Assembly (NCBI GenBank): GCA_964234715.1
Contig: OZ174278.1
DNA: 64,000 nucleotides
Strand: one strand, 5' to 3'
DNA from: Podarcis melisellensis
Taxonomy: Eukaryota
Positions 1 to 12,720 of this stretch are shown one piece after another. A program made the position numbers and the translations under genes. Positions within the stretch are counted from its first letter, which is position 1. Every line of letters begins with the position of its first letter. The notes under the pieces were generated by a model. The model saw only the letters and a list, made by a program, of their open reading frames with translations, had not been told where the DNA came from and did not search any database.

Positions 1-240
1 TGGGATAGAAGAGTGAAGGAGTTTCTACACATTTCTATTTTGTTGTAGAATTATAATTCAGCATCTGTGAAATCTCATATGGCAATCTTGTCAGCTACTA
101 TCTTTATTGTGTTCCAGCGAAATATGTACATATGGGATATTTCACCTGACAGGGACAGACTCAATATTGCTATAACTGCTGCTATTAATAAGTCACCCAG
201 AACAGACTTATTAATATGTTGTTTATATTATTAACAATAC

Positions 241-428
241 TGAGCAGTCAACACATTTGCATAGGACAAACATGTGGTGTATTGAAAGATAATAAGAACA
301 TCACTGACAAGGTTGTGTTATAGGGTGATGTTGATTAATATGCAGCCTTTAGCTAATGAAATACATGCTGCACGCAATGTTCAACAGAGGTGTCATTTTT
401 TATTTCCAGTATGGCAAATTATATTAGC
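241..428. promoter_or_regulatory. Candidate conserved non-coding element, copy A of a local duplication
   Basis: Aligns by eye to 1381-1569. Shared invariant blocks are ATTTGCATA, ATGTGGT, GATAAT, TCACTGACAAGGTTGTG, TGATTAAT, TAGCTAATGAAATA, ATGTTCA and TGTCATTT. The duplication is directly seen; the regulatory role is inferred. Confidence 0.55.
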
Positions 429-1224
429 TTTTATAAACAAAACAGGAACTGTGCAAATGCACCAAGGATACAATCCTAAACACTTCCACTAGCACACTGA
501 ATTGAATTAGCATTACTTATAAGAAAATAAGCTTAGTGTTGGGCTGCAGAAGTGTTTTAATTGATCATAGCCTACTTTATCTGATATCAGAGTCAAGCAA
601 ATAACTACGCAGGTAGCATTTTAATCCTTCCACGCAAGAACAACAAAAACTCCTTAGAAAATCCAGATTGTGCTTCCCGATGAGGTTTGCAAAAAACTTG
701 TTAATGTTGCAAATGTGTCTTTATAATGGAAAGCACAGTATTTGCGAATACTACATGTTCAACTGCCATGAAACACAATTTGTTAGAAAATAGCAGGCTC
801 AAACAAGAGAAGAGCACATGATGTTTTAGGCTTGGATTTACAGCTTAGCCTTGAAATTTTGAGATACATAACCAAGAGACCATCTCTTCCCATTAGTTTC
901 TTCATGGTCTCCAAGATGATGTTCGTAAGAATTGGGCCCACTGCATAAACATCCTGATTCTTTTTAGTGCAATGAATTGACAGGATGAAATGGATAATGA
1001 TAGTTCTGATCCATTTATCTATCCAGAAGCAGCCTCAGCCCCTTCAAACTGCACTGAAACATAGAACAAACTAGACATGATGTATGTTTCCATGTACATG
1101 TTGTTTTTAAATATAAATGATAGCTTGCATGTGGGGCCTGATAATCATCAGGATTGTAGCAAGCAGGAGATGTGTTTAACCCTTTCTCCTCCTGCTGCAG
1201 TCTGGATGAAAATTGCTTGTCTGA

Positions 1225-1314
1225 CAGTGCAATCCAATATATGCTTACTCAGAAGTAAGTCCTATTAAAGTCAGTGGGGCTTATTCATAGATAAATGAGC
1301 ATAGGGTTATAGCC
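1225..1314. mobile_element. ~85-90 bp palindromic MITE (possibly PIF/Harbinger-like)
   Basis: Has TGCAATCC...GGTTATAGCC-type ends and an internal CTTACTCAGAAGTAAG motif, followed by TAA. Related decayed copies lie at ~467-546, 4730-4810, 10015-10105, 14845-14925, 20350-20411 and 27056-27121. Confidence 0.55.
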
Positions 1315-1380
1315 TAAAGCTGTTATTTGCACAATTGGGCACTTTCTCCCCATGCAATTTACATTCCTAGCAACTGCAAA

Positions 1381-1569
1381 TGTTCAGTATATTTGCATAA
1401 AATAAATGTGGTTTATTGCATGATAATCAGATTGTCACTGACAAGGTTGTGCTGTTGGGTGGTGCTGATTAATGCGCAATATATAGCTAATGAAATAGGT
1501 ATTGTATGTGATGTTCATAGACATAGGATGTCATTTGTTTCTTTTACAATCTGGAACACATTTACTAGC
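1381..1569. promoter_or_regulatory. Candidate conserved non-coding element, copy B of a local duplication
   Basis: Same ordered motif blocks as 241-428, in the same orientation, about 1.14 kb downstream. Confidence 0.55.
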
Positions 1570-3849
1570 ACACTTAATTCAACTGATCTTATTGGTGCCC
1601 AATATGCATTTACTTTCATTGCAGATAGTAGCTTCAGGGAACAATCTTCATCATCAGGACACAGCAGGGGAGTAAAGAGCTGGATTCCCCCACCTTTCAT
1701 TTCTGTTCCCATTAATCAACTAATGCAATTTTATTATTTTTTTAAAATAAACCCTCTGCACATTAGATGCAAGGGCACATTTAGGGTGTTTCCACTCTGT
1801 CACTCTTTTCAAGTAGAATTCAGTCAGACACCATCAAATTCATCTTGCACAATTACAGTTAATTGGGAGGTCTAAAATAACAAACCCACTTCCCCCAAAG
1901 ATTGGACTTTTTGTGATAAGGAAAGTGATGTGAAAATGTGGGAGACTGTGGGAAACTGTGGGAGAACACTTGCTTGATGCAACATTGTCTTACCTTTCCA
2001 CAAACAAATCAGAATGAGTGCACACGAGATAGCCAACATTCTAACGTCCCTGCAAACAGGGTGAATGCACAAGAAACAGGTTTCCTGGAAGTTTTTCTTT
2101 TTTCTGGAAGTGTTGTTAATGTCACATCTAGTTTGGCCGTGTGATCCAAATCAGTGTACCCTTATTCCACCTGCATTTCTTCTGATCCTTATTTATCGTC
2201 CAACATTTTCACTTCGTCTCTAATTGTCAAGGGGTTTCTGCTACTTACTGACATAGATTTTAGGAATCCATATTCCATTTTCCTCTGCTATTTTTTTTAA
2301 GCAAAATCTCCTGAAGCTGCTATTTACCCCATGGGGAAAGCATTAATCAATAGTTATTTGATTCACAGCAGCAGATAGTATTTGTGGGTAGTGGTGACCT
2401 CCTGACAGCTGATTCACTGGGAGGGATGGAATGAGCAAAGGCAGTGGGGAGGTTGGCACAGTGCAAGGACAAAAGTGGAGCCAATCCAGCATTCCTGATG
2501 GTGTGTTTCCACTATGCTCACCTTCCCACTAACTTTCCTCTCCTGCTCTGCTTGCCAGTAAGCAGCAGCAACAAACCAACTTATGATGCATGTCGGCTCT
2601 TGTCCATGGGGAAATGAAGGGCAAGATTCACCTAATGAACCCAATCAGCAGAAGCCCTGTGCAAGGACTGTCACTTGCACAACAGGGCTTTTCCCTCTCT
2701 CCTCCCACCATGCATCCTACCCCACCATCGCAATTAGCTGGGGGGGGGGGGGTGTCAGGAGAACCTACAGAACAGCATGCAGTGGGAAGAGAGGGGAGCA
2801 TCATTCCATCTGTCAGACAGAAATACTGGCCCTGATGGAATGATCATCTCAGTGCGACAAATTCCTCCCTAGATTGGGGAAATGACATGGAAGGAAAGGG
2901 CTAATCTCCATCTTCCACTCCTATGGATCACACTTGTTGATGTGGCTTATTGATATCGTGCATCATAGCTTGTTTGACCCAAAGCCCCAGTCCTGGCTGC
3001 GAAATTCACAATTATGCTTGAGTTACACCTCTTTTTTCTTTCTTTTGCTGGAGGCTATGCAGTTGAATGCTCAAGCCACATTTGATTTAAACAGGTAAAT
3101 TATGTTGGAACTATTGATCTTTTTTCTCAGAAGGCAGAGAGTTCAACCCTTACACCAAATAACATTTATTCCCAAAGGTAATCACATTATCGCCAATGGA
3201 AGCAGTCCCGTGAACAAGTGCTAGAAAGAACTGCAGAATTGGCCTGTAAGTAATTCATGAGCTGTGTGTTTTAACCTTCACTCCTCAGTTAAAGCATTTA
3301 TGAGTCATGACTCACACTTCTTAATACAATATCAGGACATTTTCAAGTGTAGTCATGAATTACACTAATTTGCTTTCACCTCCATGCCCTGAAGTTATCA
3401 GACCTTTTCAGTTGTACATGGAGCATTTTGTCAGCATCACTTTAGAACATCGCTTATGTAAACATGTGTTTAAAAGCCTTTCTGTTTAATTATGCAATGC
3501 TATGTCTGACAGATTACAAGTGAACAAAAGCTCTCTTATAGTCTGAGGCTCCTTATGACTATTTTTTGTATGGGTCAATTGCAACGTTCACTCATTTTAT
3601 TTGTATAAGCCCACAGCAATGGATAAGAAAGTTTTGTGGTTCCTTAGGAACTTTACATAAATAAAAATCCAGATTTGGAAGAGTCTGTTCAGCTGAGAAC
3701 TAGGTCAGAGTCCATATGCTATATTGACAAGGTTGTATAAAAAGATCATTACCCTCAAAAAAGAAAAAAATAGGGGAGCAAATCAGGTTAAAATGGGAAA
3801 ATAAAATACCTTCTACTGAGTCAGACCTCTGGTCCACCGAGCTCAGAAC

Positions 3850-4146
3850 TAGTTGGCAATACCCCGTAGGGGGATGGTGGGTTACCTATACCTAGTGCTA
3901 AAAGGCAAGGGGCAGAGGAGGCACTGGTATCAGGTGGCATCACAAAATCAAGTTAATCAATGTTGCTGAATTAAACTAAATAATTTTGAACAAATGTGCA
4001 ATTAATGGTTACTGTTTTGAACTTTATTGTGTTAACTTGAATAGGTTGTGCAAACTGCTATTCTGAATAATTCTTTTTTGTAGGGTAGTGTAGGGGGCAC
4101 TGGGGAGCCACATGGAAGGTAGCCTAAAATGGTTTGGGAACCACTG
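3850..4146. mobile_element. Decayed non-autonomous hAT (Charlie-like) element
   Basis: Right end GTTTGGGAACCACTG is the reverse complement of a CAGTGGTTCCCAAAC-type hAT TIR. The left end is eroded. Confidence 0.45.
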
Positions 4147-4729
4147 CTGTAACTCATTTTTTACCCTGGAAATTCTTCATGCAAATAATTAACTCTACTA
4201 ATGTGCTAAGGCAGCAGGGACAAGTATCTCACTAGCTCTTGGGCACTTGCAACACCTTACTCAATTATTTCTACTACTAATATTATTAATATTAATTATT
4301 AAATTTGTATATCTTTCTTCCTCAGATCTCAGGGTGATTGACAACATATATTTTTTCACCAGACATTTAGAAATTTGTTGAAAAATATTCTCTGCTGCTT
4401 CTGTATAGTTTGAAATTTATTGAACAGTACTGTTTTAATTGAACTTAATTTAATACTTCTTATTTTGGGTTTTCCAGGTAAATCTCATTTTTGTTGTTGC
4501 TAGGTTTAAAAAATAAATAAATTTAATTTTACTTTTTATTTTTGAAAAAAAATATGGTGGTGCTGCATAAACAAGCACATTTTTCCATATCAAGCATTTC
4601 CTAAATGGCTGGTTTTGCAGAAGCCACTATAAATATGACCAGGAAAATTGGGGAGGCATGGTGCACACCCACCTTGGGCCCTGGAAATCAGTTCAAGTAC
4701 AGCCTGTCAGCATGGGAGCAAGCAAGTCA

Positions 4730-4810
4730 GTATTCCTATGCACATTTACTGGAGAGTAAGACCCACTGAATTTAGTGGATTTACTTCTGAATAAACATGC
4801 ATTATATTGG
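4730..4810. mobile_element. Copy of the ~85-bp palindromic MITE
   Basis: TTCCTATGCACATTTACTGGAGAGTAAGACCCACTGAA...TTACTTCTGAATAAACATGCAT matches 1225-1314 in reverse orientation. Confidence 0.5.
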
Positions 4811-5182
4811 GTGGCATGTTGAGTTCAAGGTTGTTTCAGAACAATTTTGCAAAGGTCGTCAATCTTGAGATGTGACTTTAAAGCATCTGTGTAGGTTCCT
4901 AGGAACACCACATGTTAAAGTTTATTTTTAGTGACCATTTGTATTTCCTTAGTGATATGATTTTGTCCTTGCTGCTAATATATATATATATATTCAATTA
5001 ATTCCACATAACTTTGTTCTATAAAATGGTTCGCATCTTAATAAATGCCTTTGAAACACATTGTCCTAGGAGAAGAGGAGTCAATGTGGAAATGATATTG
5101 TCACGCATCAGGATATTTGAATTGTGTTTGTAAAAGTCTGAGACAACTGGTTTTTTGTCCTCCAGAAAGCAGATGAGTTATT

Positions 5183-5280
5183 AGGAACAGAAGAATATAA
5201 GAGGAGTCTGCTGAATCAGGTCATTGCCTATCTAGTCCAGAATCCTGAATCCTGTTGTCACAATGGCCACCCAGAGCTCT
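5183..5280 (-). mobile_element. CR1 LINE 3' end fragment
   Basis: AGAATATAAGAGGAGTCTGCTGAATCAGG...ATCTAGTCCAG...CACAATGGCCA resembles the reverse complement of a squamate CR1 3' UTR (recalled consensus). Confidence 0.5.
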
Positions 5281-5340
5281 CAGTCATACAACATGTTCAT
5301 AGCACATTTAATCTACCCATGTCTATCCCTCTCACAGAAA

Positions 5341-5490
5341 CATGGAATTGGAAAGTTGGAGGGTATCCTGAGGGTCAATGCCAGAATCTTTAACATACGG
5401 TCCCCCATCCAATTTGAAACCATACTGGACCCTGCTTAACTTTGCACATATGCTAGCAGTTTTATTACTGCACCACTATGAACCCGCCAT
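5341..5490 (-). mobile_element. 5S-rRNA-derived (SINE3-like) element with CR1-type tail
   Basis: The minus strand reads AAGTTAAGCAGGGTCCAGTATGGTTTCAAATTGGATGGGGGACCG, colinear with the 5S internal control region AAGCTAAGCAGGGTCGGGCCTGGTTAGTACTTGGATGGGAGACCG. It is followed by a CCCTCCAACTTTCCAATTCCATG tail. Confidence 0.6.
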
Positions 5491-6819
5491 GTCCATAAGA
5501 TACAGCTCACAATTCATCACAGAGTTTGATACACTTTAGCAAATTGGTTTCAATAAACTTAAGTCTAACTTCAGTAGGATTGTAGCCACAGTGTGACACT
5601 GCCCTAGATAATCTTTCAGGATGGTGAATTGTTGAGAATTTAGATAGAGATGATTTCCTGTAAGTGAACATGTAAAGGGTCTTTCACATGTACAGCTTCA
5701 ATAGACATTTATTGTAAGTGCCAACAACTGAGGATGACATATAAGTGAGTGACCCAATGAAAGACACAGCATTTGAAGCATGTGGACTGTTGACAGGGGA
5801 GGTAATAAAAACAGAGAAGGATGTTCATCTTTTATTGCCTGGTATCCATCTATCAGTCCTTTGGAGTCAAAGGCTTTTTCTCTCTCTTGGAGCCTGTGCC
5901 TGAGGAGATTCTTAAGAGGCAAGGTGATTTAAGAAGAAGTGTTTAGAAAAGGGTTTTATGTGGTCCCTGCATTGAAGAAATATAAAAGTTCCCCAGTTAC
6001 TTTGAAGGGGGGGGAGAGAACTTTAAAGATAGAAAATGCCATTCCTATAATAAGCAGTCAGTTGAATCTTGGTAGAGAAATTAGTTTTATTATCAAGTAG
6101 AATTTAGAGATTATCACAGAAGATCCTGCGTAACATAGAAAGGACAGAAGAAATGGCTTTGTGCATACAGCGCCATAATACTCTACCACTGTCAGTATGC
6201 TGCATGCATTACGTTTGACCTGTGAAGTTTTTGCCACTAAAGCTACTTTCAAGATATTACAAACCATGCTGTCTGGCTTGCAGACACAGACTGTAGAAAT
6301 ACGGTTTTCCAAGTGGTTATGACTGCAGTGAACCAGCCTCACTGAAAATAAAGATTTGCTTTTCAGCAGATGTGCATAGGATAGTGTTGTAAGAATTACA
6401 AATTTTAACAAATTGTGTCTGGAATCCTCTGCACATCCTCTACACAGTCCGTTGTATACAATGAGATTGTGAAAACAGGCCTAGAATTGCACTGTCAGGG
6501 CACATCCAGATCGCAGGAATGGCTATTTCTGGCAGAATTCTCCGAAACCCCTACTTCTGAGATAGAAGCATAAATGCCCAAAGTTCAAATCAACCATAAG
6601 CTTTAAGCAAGATTCTCAGGGCTAATACTGATTTTAGTTTTCTAAAATGAATGTGTGCATTTTAGTGTTTTAAAGCAAGCCCATCAATTTATCCTTATGC
6701 AAGTGTATTACGATCAGGTTGAAAATGTGAAAGATACTTGACTGTACTCAGGCATTCTGACTCCATTATGAGAAGGGAAGTGTGGGGCTGAGCTTGATGG
6801 TGCTTCCCTCCACCACTGC

Positions 6820-7138
6820 TTGAGAAGCAACAGGTAATCTTTTAGTGTTGCCACACCTATACTTTGGAGCACCCTGCCTACTGGCATTAGACTGACACCT
6901 TCACTATATATTTTATAGACACTGGCTATTAAAAAAAAAATCAGCAAGCCAAATAAGGCATATACATACACATACTGATTTTATCTGTTTTTTTAATCAA
7001 TCATTGTTATACATATATTTGCTTTTTTAACAAATACGTTTTTGTGGTTTTAGCTGCTTTTCATTGAAATGTTTATTATGTATACTACTTAGATAGTTTT
7101 GTGTTCAAGCAGTTTACAAATTTTTCTAAATAAATTAA
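6820..7138 (+). mobile_element. L2 LINE 3' end fragment
   Basis: Translates FSVATPILWSTLPTGIRLTPSL, matching the L2 ORF2 C-terminal FS..AP.LWN.LP motif. A T-rich 3' UTR and an AAATAAAT tail follow. Confidence 0.65.
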
Positions 7139-7287
7139 TAGTTGTGTTGTGCTTCTGGTTTATCTCCAGCCCGTTTACAGTCTGCTCTATGCATATATTA
7201 ACAATAAAAGTAGGTTCCTCTGTATTTGTGAACATTGCACCCAATTATAAATAGCCCCAACTCACTGTGTGAAACTTGATTTTCAAA

Positions 7288-7333
7288 ACAAAAAAAAATT
7301 CCTTCCAGTAGCACCTTAAAGACCAACTAAGTT
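7288..7333. mobile_element. Penelope-like element terminal fragment
   Basis: AAAAAATTCCTTCCAGTAGCACCTTAAAGACCAACTAAGTT resembles a common lacertid Penelope-derived repeat end (recalled). Confidence 0.4.
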
Positions 7334-7639
7334 GATTTTCAAGTTCTTTTTTATGATGGAATTCTTTTTTCACAAGCAGAAAAGCACAACGGGGCTCATT
7401 CAAATGTGCTTACTCTTTATATTTGCAAATTCAGCATCATATTTTTTTTAATAAAGAAGACTAATTTCAGCTCTGATGTGGAATTTTATGATAGCAATTG
7501 TGTCTCATGAAAACTTTCTTTGAATAATGGCAGGAATAAGAGCATGATCACCTTAGCCAAAAATTGAGAAGTAGACTGTAAAAATGTTTATGGCAATCTA
7601 TCAAAATTGAGATGGTATATCCAGTAAGAAGCTATACTG

Positions 7640-7790
7640 GTGGGACCCCTGGTGTTATTTAGCATTTTCATTAATGATTTGGAAGAGAAGGTAAATAGCT
7701 TGGTAATTAAATTTATAGAGGATCCTAATTAGAAACTGTTTTAAACATCATTGAGGATAAACTAGTGGTATAATAGGTCCTAAAGGCATT
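7640..7790 (+). mobile_element. CR1 LINE reverse transcriptase fossil
   Basis: Translates VLFSIFINDLEEKVNSLVIKFIEDPN*, compared with CR1 RT GPVLFNIFINDL...LIKFADDTKL. Confidence 0.7.
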
Positions 7791-10105
7791 AAGAATGTGG
7801 CCATGAAATGAAATTCATCTTGGGAGAATATGCTAATGTATCTGGGCAAAGATTCTGAACTGCAGCCACTCGAAGGGCAGTAATAGTTGAGCTGACAGAG
7901 AGCTGAGAAATTGTACCAAAAACAGCTATGAGCAGAGAATCAAACCAAACCTGAATCTGTGCCAAGAATGGAACTGAATTGCTGTTTTTGTCTGGATTCA
8001 GAACAAAACCTGAACCATTCTTTGCAAGTTGCCACTGATTCTGCAATGCAATAAAAGGCAACAATTGGATGATCAGACAGACTTTATAAATAAATAAATA
8101 CATTCTGGTCCCCAACCAGAATCAAACATGGGCACTCTTTCTGTGTGCAATCATTATGCATTTTGAATTGGTTCTGGCTCCCATCTTCCTGAAGGACTGG
8201 AAAACAGTGGCAGGGCAAAGAAAGGCTTGGTGTTTGAAGGGTGATGAGCCCAATATGCTACAATGAAAGAGGACAATGTATTAATGAATTCATTTGCTCA
8301 CCTTGTATCCTGCACCTTCAATATAACTATGCTCACACTGAAAATGAGAGAGAGAAACATAAACTCCTAACAATCATTAAAAAAATTAAGATACAAGATA
8401 AAAATCAGCCAATAAGAAGTAACAGCACTTTATATAAGAACAGAGCTAGGTTGCATTCAGACATCATTTTATTCTGTTTTCCTCATGTTTCCTTCCCTAA
8501 TAATGTCTCAATTTTATCTTATCTTTCACACAACGCAAAAGCAACTTCTTAAATATCTAACAAAATCTAGTGGAAGTTTAAGACTAGTCTCTCTGTTAGT
8601 TGCTTCCCGAAATATAGTCATTTGCAACCTTGTTAACCTGGAAAATTGTGGGAATTTTGCACTATAATTTCTCTGTGGTTTTGAAGGGTCACACCATGTG
8701 ATGACATTGGGGGTAGTATTCTGCTAAACAGTTCTTTCCTGTCATTTTCATGAATGAATCATGGGGAAACAGAAGCATGCAAGTGCATAATGAGTGATGA
8801 CATGTCCAATTACATCAGCAGTTGCGTCAAACCACACCCACTGGCATGAATTACATTTAGCACAATGTGGTGGTAAAAGCCAAAGATCCATAACCCAACA
8901 AGTGACGCTGTGTAAGGGAAATATTAGAAACTGGCACAGAAGAACTAATAGTTTCATTAATGCCTGGTACCAAAGTGACATCAAGACAGGCACCTTGGGG
9001 AGACTATTCTAAGGTGCAGAAGGTGGTGATCTACAGACAAACATTTGCATTGCTTAGGATTACAGACCACTTTTATATATTCCCATCACATTGTCATGAA
9101 GGCTATTTATAGATATGTGTTTCTGAGATGCTGTTGCAATTTCTGGGAAAACTTAGAATGAATGGTTAATTAATACTTGACTAGATAAATGATACAGTAT
9201 AATAGAAAACATGGTTTATAAATCAGTCGAGTACTACTTCCTTGATACAGACAAGATGCAATAATTGATCTCTTTTCTTTTATACAACTGTGATAATTTA
9301 AGAGATACCATCAACCATATTCTGAAAATGAGTTAATTAAGCATAGTTGCCTTGTAGATGAATGTAAAATTACTGCCGCCTCCTCTTTATTTTTAAATAT
9401 GTGTCTCAAAATGGGGACAGGGAACAGCCAGAGTCAGAAATCAGGTAAATAATCTGTGGGGCAGGCTGGGGAAACTGTGGCCCTCCAGATGCTGCTAGAC
9501 TACAATTCTCATTAGTCCTGAACCATGCGGGGTGTGGTTTATGGGAGTTGAATGACATCTTCAGCATCACATGATCCTAATCCCTGCTGCAAAGCAAGGT
9601 GAGGTGAGCAGAGATGCATAATGCACAGGAATAGAGCTTGGCCAGAAACCTAGACATGACCTGGATGAAAGCACATAAAAGCACTGCTATTCCTATCACA
9701 GAAACAGGATAGTGATGGAAAAGATTAAAGACCTTAATAAGGACCCGTGCACAAGAGAAAGAACAGTGCCTCATTTTCTAAGATTCCTGAAGCCAGATCC
9801 TGCTTTCAAGACTGCCTGCCCCCTCCCCAAAAAAGGAAAGGAAAGGTGGGGAGGCCAATAAGAAATAACAGCAACAGTTTCTTTTTCACATGCCATCCAG
9901 TGGATACACTTGCCACAGGATGTTGTGATGGCAGCTGACCTAGAGGATGTTTTATAAATAACACTCCTATTTTCCCATAAATAATTACTTGGGTCCTATC
10001 CTATGATAAGTTAGGCTGGCTCCATCCTATATTTACTAGGGAGTAAGGCTAATTGTATTAATTGGGATGTCCTTATCAGCACATGTATGCATACTGAGAA
10101 GTAAG

Positions 10106-10453
10106 TAAGGTAAAGGTAAAAGACCCCTGGATGGTTATGTCCAGTCAAAGGCTGTGGGACCAACCTTCGTCCATGGACAGCTTTCCCCGTCATGTGGCCA
10201 GCATAACTAAACCACTTCTAGAGCAACGGGACACCGTGACAAGTGCCATTGTGCATGAAAATACCATTTACCTTCCCAACACAGTGGTACCTATTTATCT
10301 ACTTGCACTGGCGTGCTTTCGAACTGCTAGGTTGGCAGAAGCTGGGACAGAGCAACAGGAGCTCACCTCGTCACACAGATTCAAACTGGTGACCTTCTGA
10401 TCAGCAAGCCCAAGAGGCTCAGTGGTTTAGACCACAGAGCCACCCGCTCCCTT
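10106..10453 (-). mobile_element. Sauria SINE (Squam1), subfamily with longer central segment
   Basis: (ACCTTT)n tail appears as AAGGTAAAGGTAAA on the + strand. Conserved body includes CATGTGGCCAGCAT, GGTACCTATTTATCTACTTGCAC and GAACTGCTAGGTTGGCAG. A tRNA-like head lies at the right end. TSD is TACTGAGAAGTAAG (10092-10105) / TACTCAGAAGTAAG (10454-10467). Confidence 0.9.
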
Positions 10454-10500
10454 TACTCAGAAGTAAGCTTATGGAAGGGATGATTCCCACCCCTTCCTCC

Positions 10501-10969
10501 TGTTACCATAAAGCACCAATGCTGCAGCAATCAAAGGCTTTAGCAGCTCAGTCAGCTGCTTGTGGCTGGAAAGCCAAACAGGATGTTTGTGACTGTTGCC
10601 ATGGGAACAAAGGGGCAGTCCATTCTGTATTGAGCACCGGATGTTAGCTCAGTGTGTGTCTCATATGACCCGTACTGGAAGTACATGGGTGGAGTTTATT
10701 CTTACTGCTGTTGAGTGCAGACATGTTTCTCTGTACTGATGTAAGAGACAGAAATAAAGAATGTAAATAGATTTCTGTCTGCTTCTTTCCCCTCCCTGGG
10801 GGACACCAAAGGGGAGAGAAGAAACGGTGTGTTCTTCTCACACATCTGGGAAGAATCGCTGAGACCTCGCCTGCTTATCTGCCGGGAGAAGCAGCGGGGA
10901 GGTCGCCAAGGAATATCTGCGGGTGCCTATGCTGTGGCACATTCCTCTGACCCAGGCAGAATTCCAACA
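10501..10969 (+). mobile_element. Solo LTR (family 1)
   Basis: TGTTACC...TTCCAACA termini, exact 5-bp TSD CCTCC on both sides and an internal AATAAA. Homologous to 35078-35521. Confidence 0.85.
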
Positions 10970-12720
10970 CCTCCTTCCTGCAACTACCTGCAGCCATGAA
11001 AATCCTCTTTCAGAGATACAAGCAAGAGAGAATTCCTAAGCAACATGGAATGGGGCAGGAGGGGAGGAGGAGAAGCCGAGGAACATTACTTTCATGAGCT
11101 GCCTTAAGTTATCTTAGGATACAAGTCTGATGTTGGCCGATATCCTCTCCCCCGAAATGCCCCATCCTAGATTGTGTAAGAATTCCCTCAGTTGTGTTGC
11201 AGGCGTTTCCTTGTTTTATGCTTTGAGAAGTGTGTGCAGTCAGAAATCTCACAACCTTAAAAAAATAAAAAATAAAAATCTTGACAGAAGAGGAATGCTT
11301 CACCTGAGGACCATACACTGACAATTACTTATTAACTGGGTTTCTTAAAATGTTACCTGTGCAAAGGTGTAATGAAGGCAATTTGTGCATCTGACTTACA
11401 TTTCCGGTTCAGACCAAACTTCAGCTGTGCCATAAGCATTCTCTTGGCAGTTCCCGTAGAGAAAGATGTCACAGTTTATAAAGGAGATGAATGCATTCTT
11501 TAGGAGGAAAGGAGATCTTAGCCCAGCAGGCACCTGTCATCACAGTACTTATCACTAACCACAGCTCTTATTGCATGTCCAAGCACAGGGGCAAAGGACA
11601 GACTGAATAGAGAAGTCAACTTGTATTTTATCTGAAGAAAGAGCTTTCTTCTTGTTCAAGGTTAAGCCTCAATAATGGGCAATGTGGGGAAAGGTGTACT
11701 GTTCGGCCCTCTGCTCTACCATCTGCAAATTAATAAAATATTTAAAAGCTTTATTCTCAAGGGCTCATAAACTCATAACTTTCATAAGTACTCTGTAAAA
11801 GGCAGTGGGGGAAAAGAGAGAGAGACAAAAATCAAAGCCCTGCACCAAAAGGTGTCCTTTAAAATGTATCTCCCCTCTAGTCTACTTTAAGGTGGTATTA
11901 GAGTTGACTGTAGCAGCCGCAAGATGCACTTCCTCTCGAGGGCTTAAGTGTATTTAATCTCACTAATCCTGAGTATCCCAATGATTCCCCTAAATGTATT
12001 TAAGTTATTTACTAGACACATTTAATCTCTAACATCACCATTGCCTCGTCACCTGATCACTAGCCATGCAAGCCGGGGGTGGTGGAGGGTTATAGTTCAA
12101 CCAATATTTGGTGATTCAAGGTTGCTTGTGGAAGGTGGAAGTAGTTGCTTTGTGACAGGACTTTTCTCCCACTCCCAGACATCGAAGCAGAAAGGATTGG
12201 CAGCCCCCCAGGCAATGAAGCTGAATAATGTTCTTTGCACCCAGCTGCAACTGATGCCTCATAGGACTGCAGCCCACTGCAACAGTTGCTACAGCAGTAC
12301 CTTCCTAGTCCATGAACTGAGCCTTTGATCCCATTCCTCAGAACTACTCCATTGACAATGTTTACACAAATTGCAAGGAAGAGACTCACTACATGCATTA
12401 TTCTCTTTGCAAATGATGAATCCAAATGACTGGATATCTGTCCTTCACAGTCATAAAACAAACAAATCCACCAGTACACAGTATATATGCCAGTAGAGAG
12501 TCAAATAATATTTATTTGGGTTGCAAAACCTTGACTGTACAGTGCTGAAGATGTTAAGTAGCCTTTATTTATGTCAGAAGCTCTTGCATACCAATAGTCT
12601 TGGGCGTATGGCGAGTTAACACTTTATCCATTTTACTCTGTTAATTTGCCTTTAGTAATTCCATATGGAGCAGATTTGATTTATGGAACATCAATCTTAT
12701 TTGTTTCTGAATTACCACTA

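Noticed and set aside
1327-1875. 182-aa ORF on the + strand
   Set aside because: TTG start and no recognisable domain. It runs across duplicated element copy B, and the paralogous copy A has indels and no matching ORF.
5398-5443. 5S rRNA gene
   Set aside because: Only the internal control region matches, with substitutions. The 5' and 3' parts of 5S are absent.
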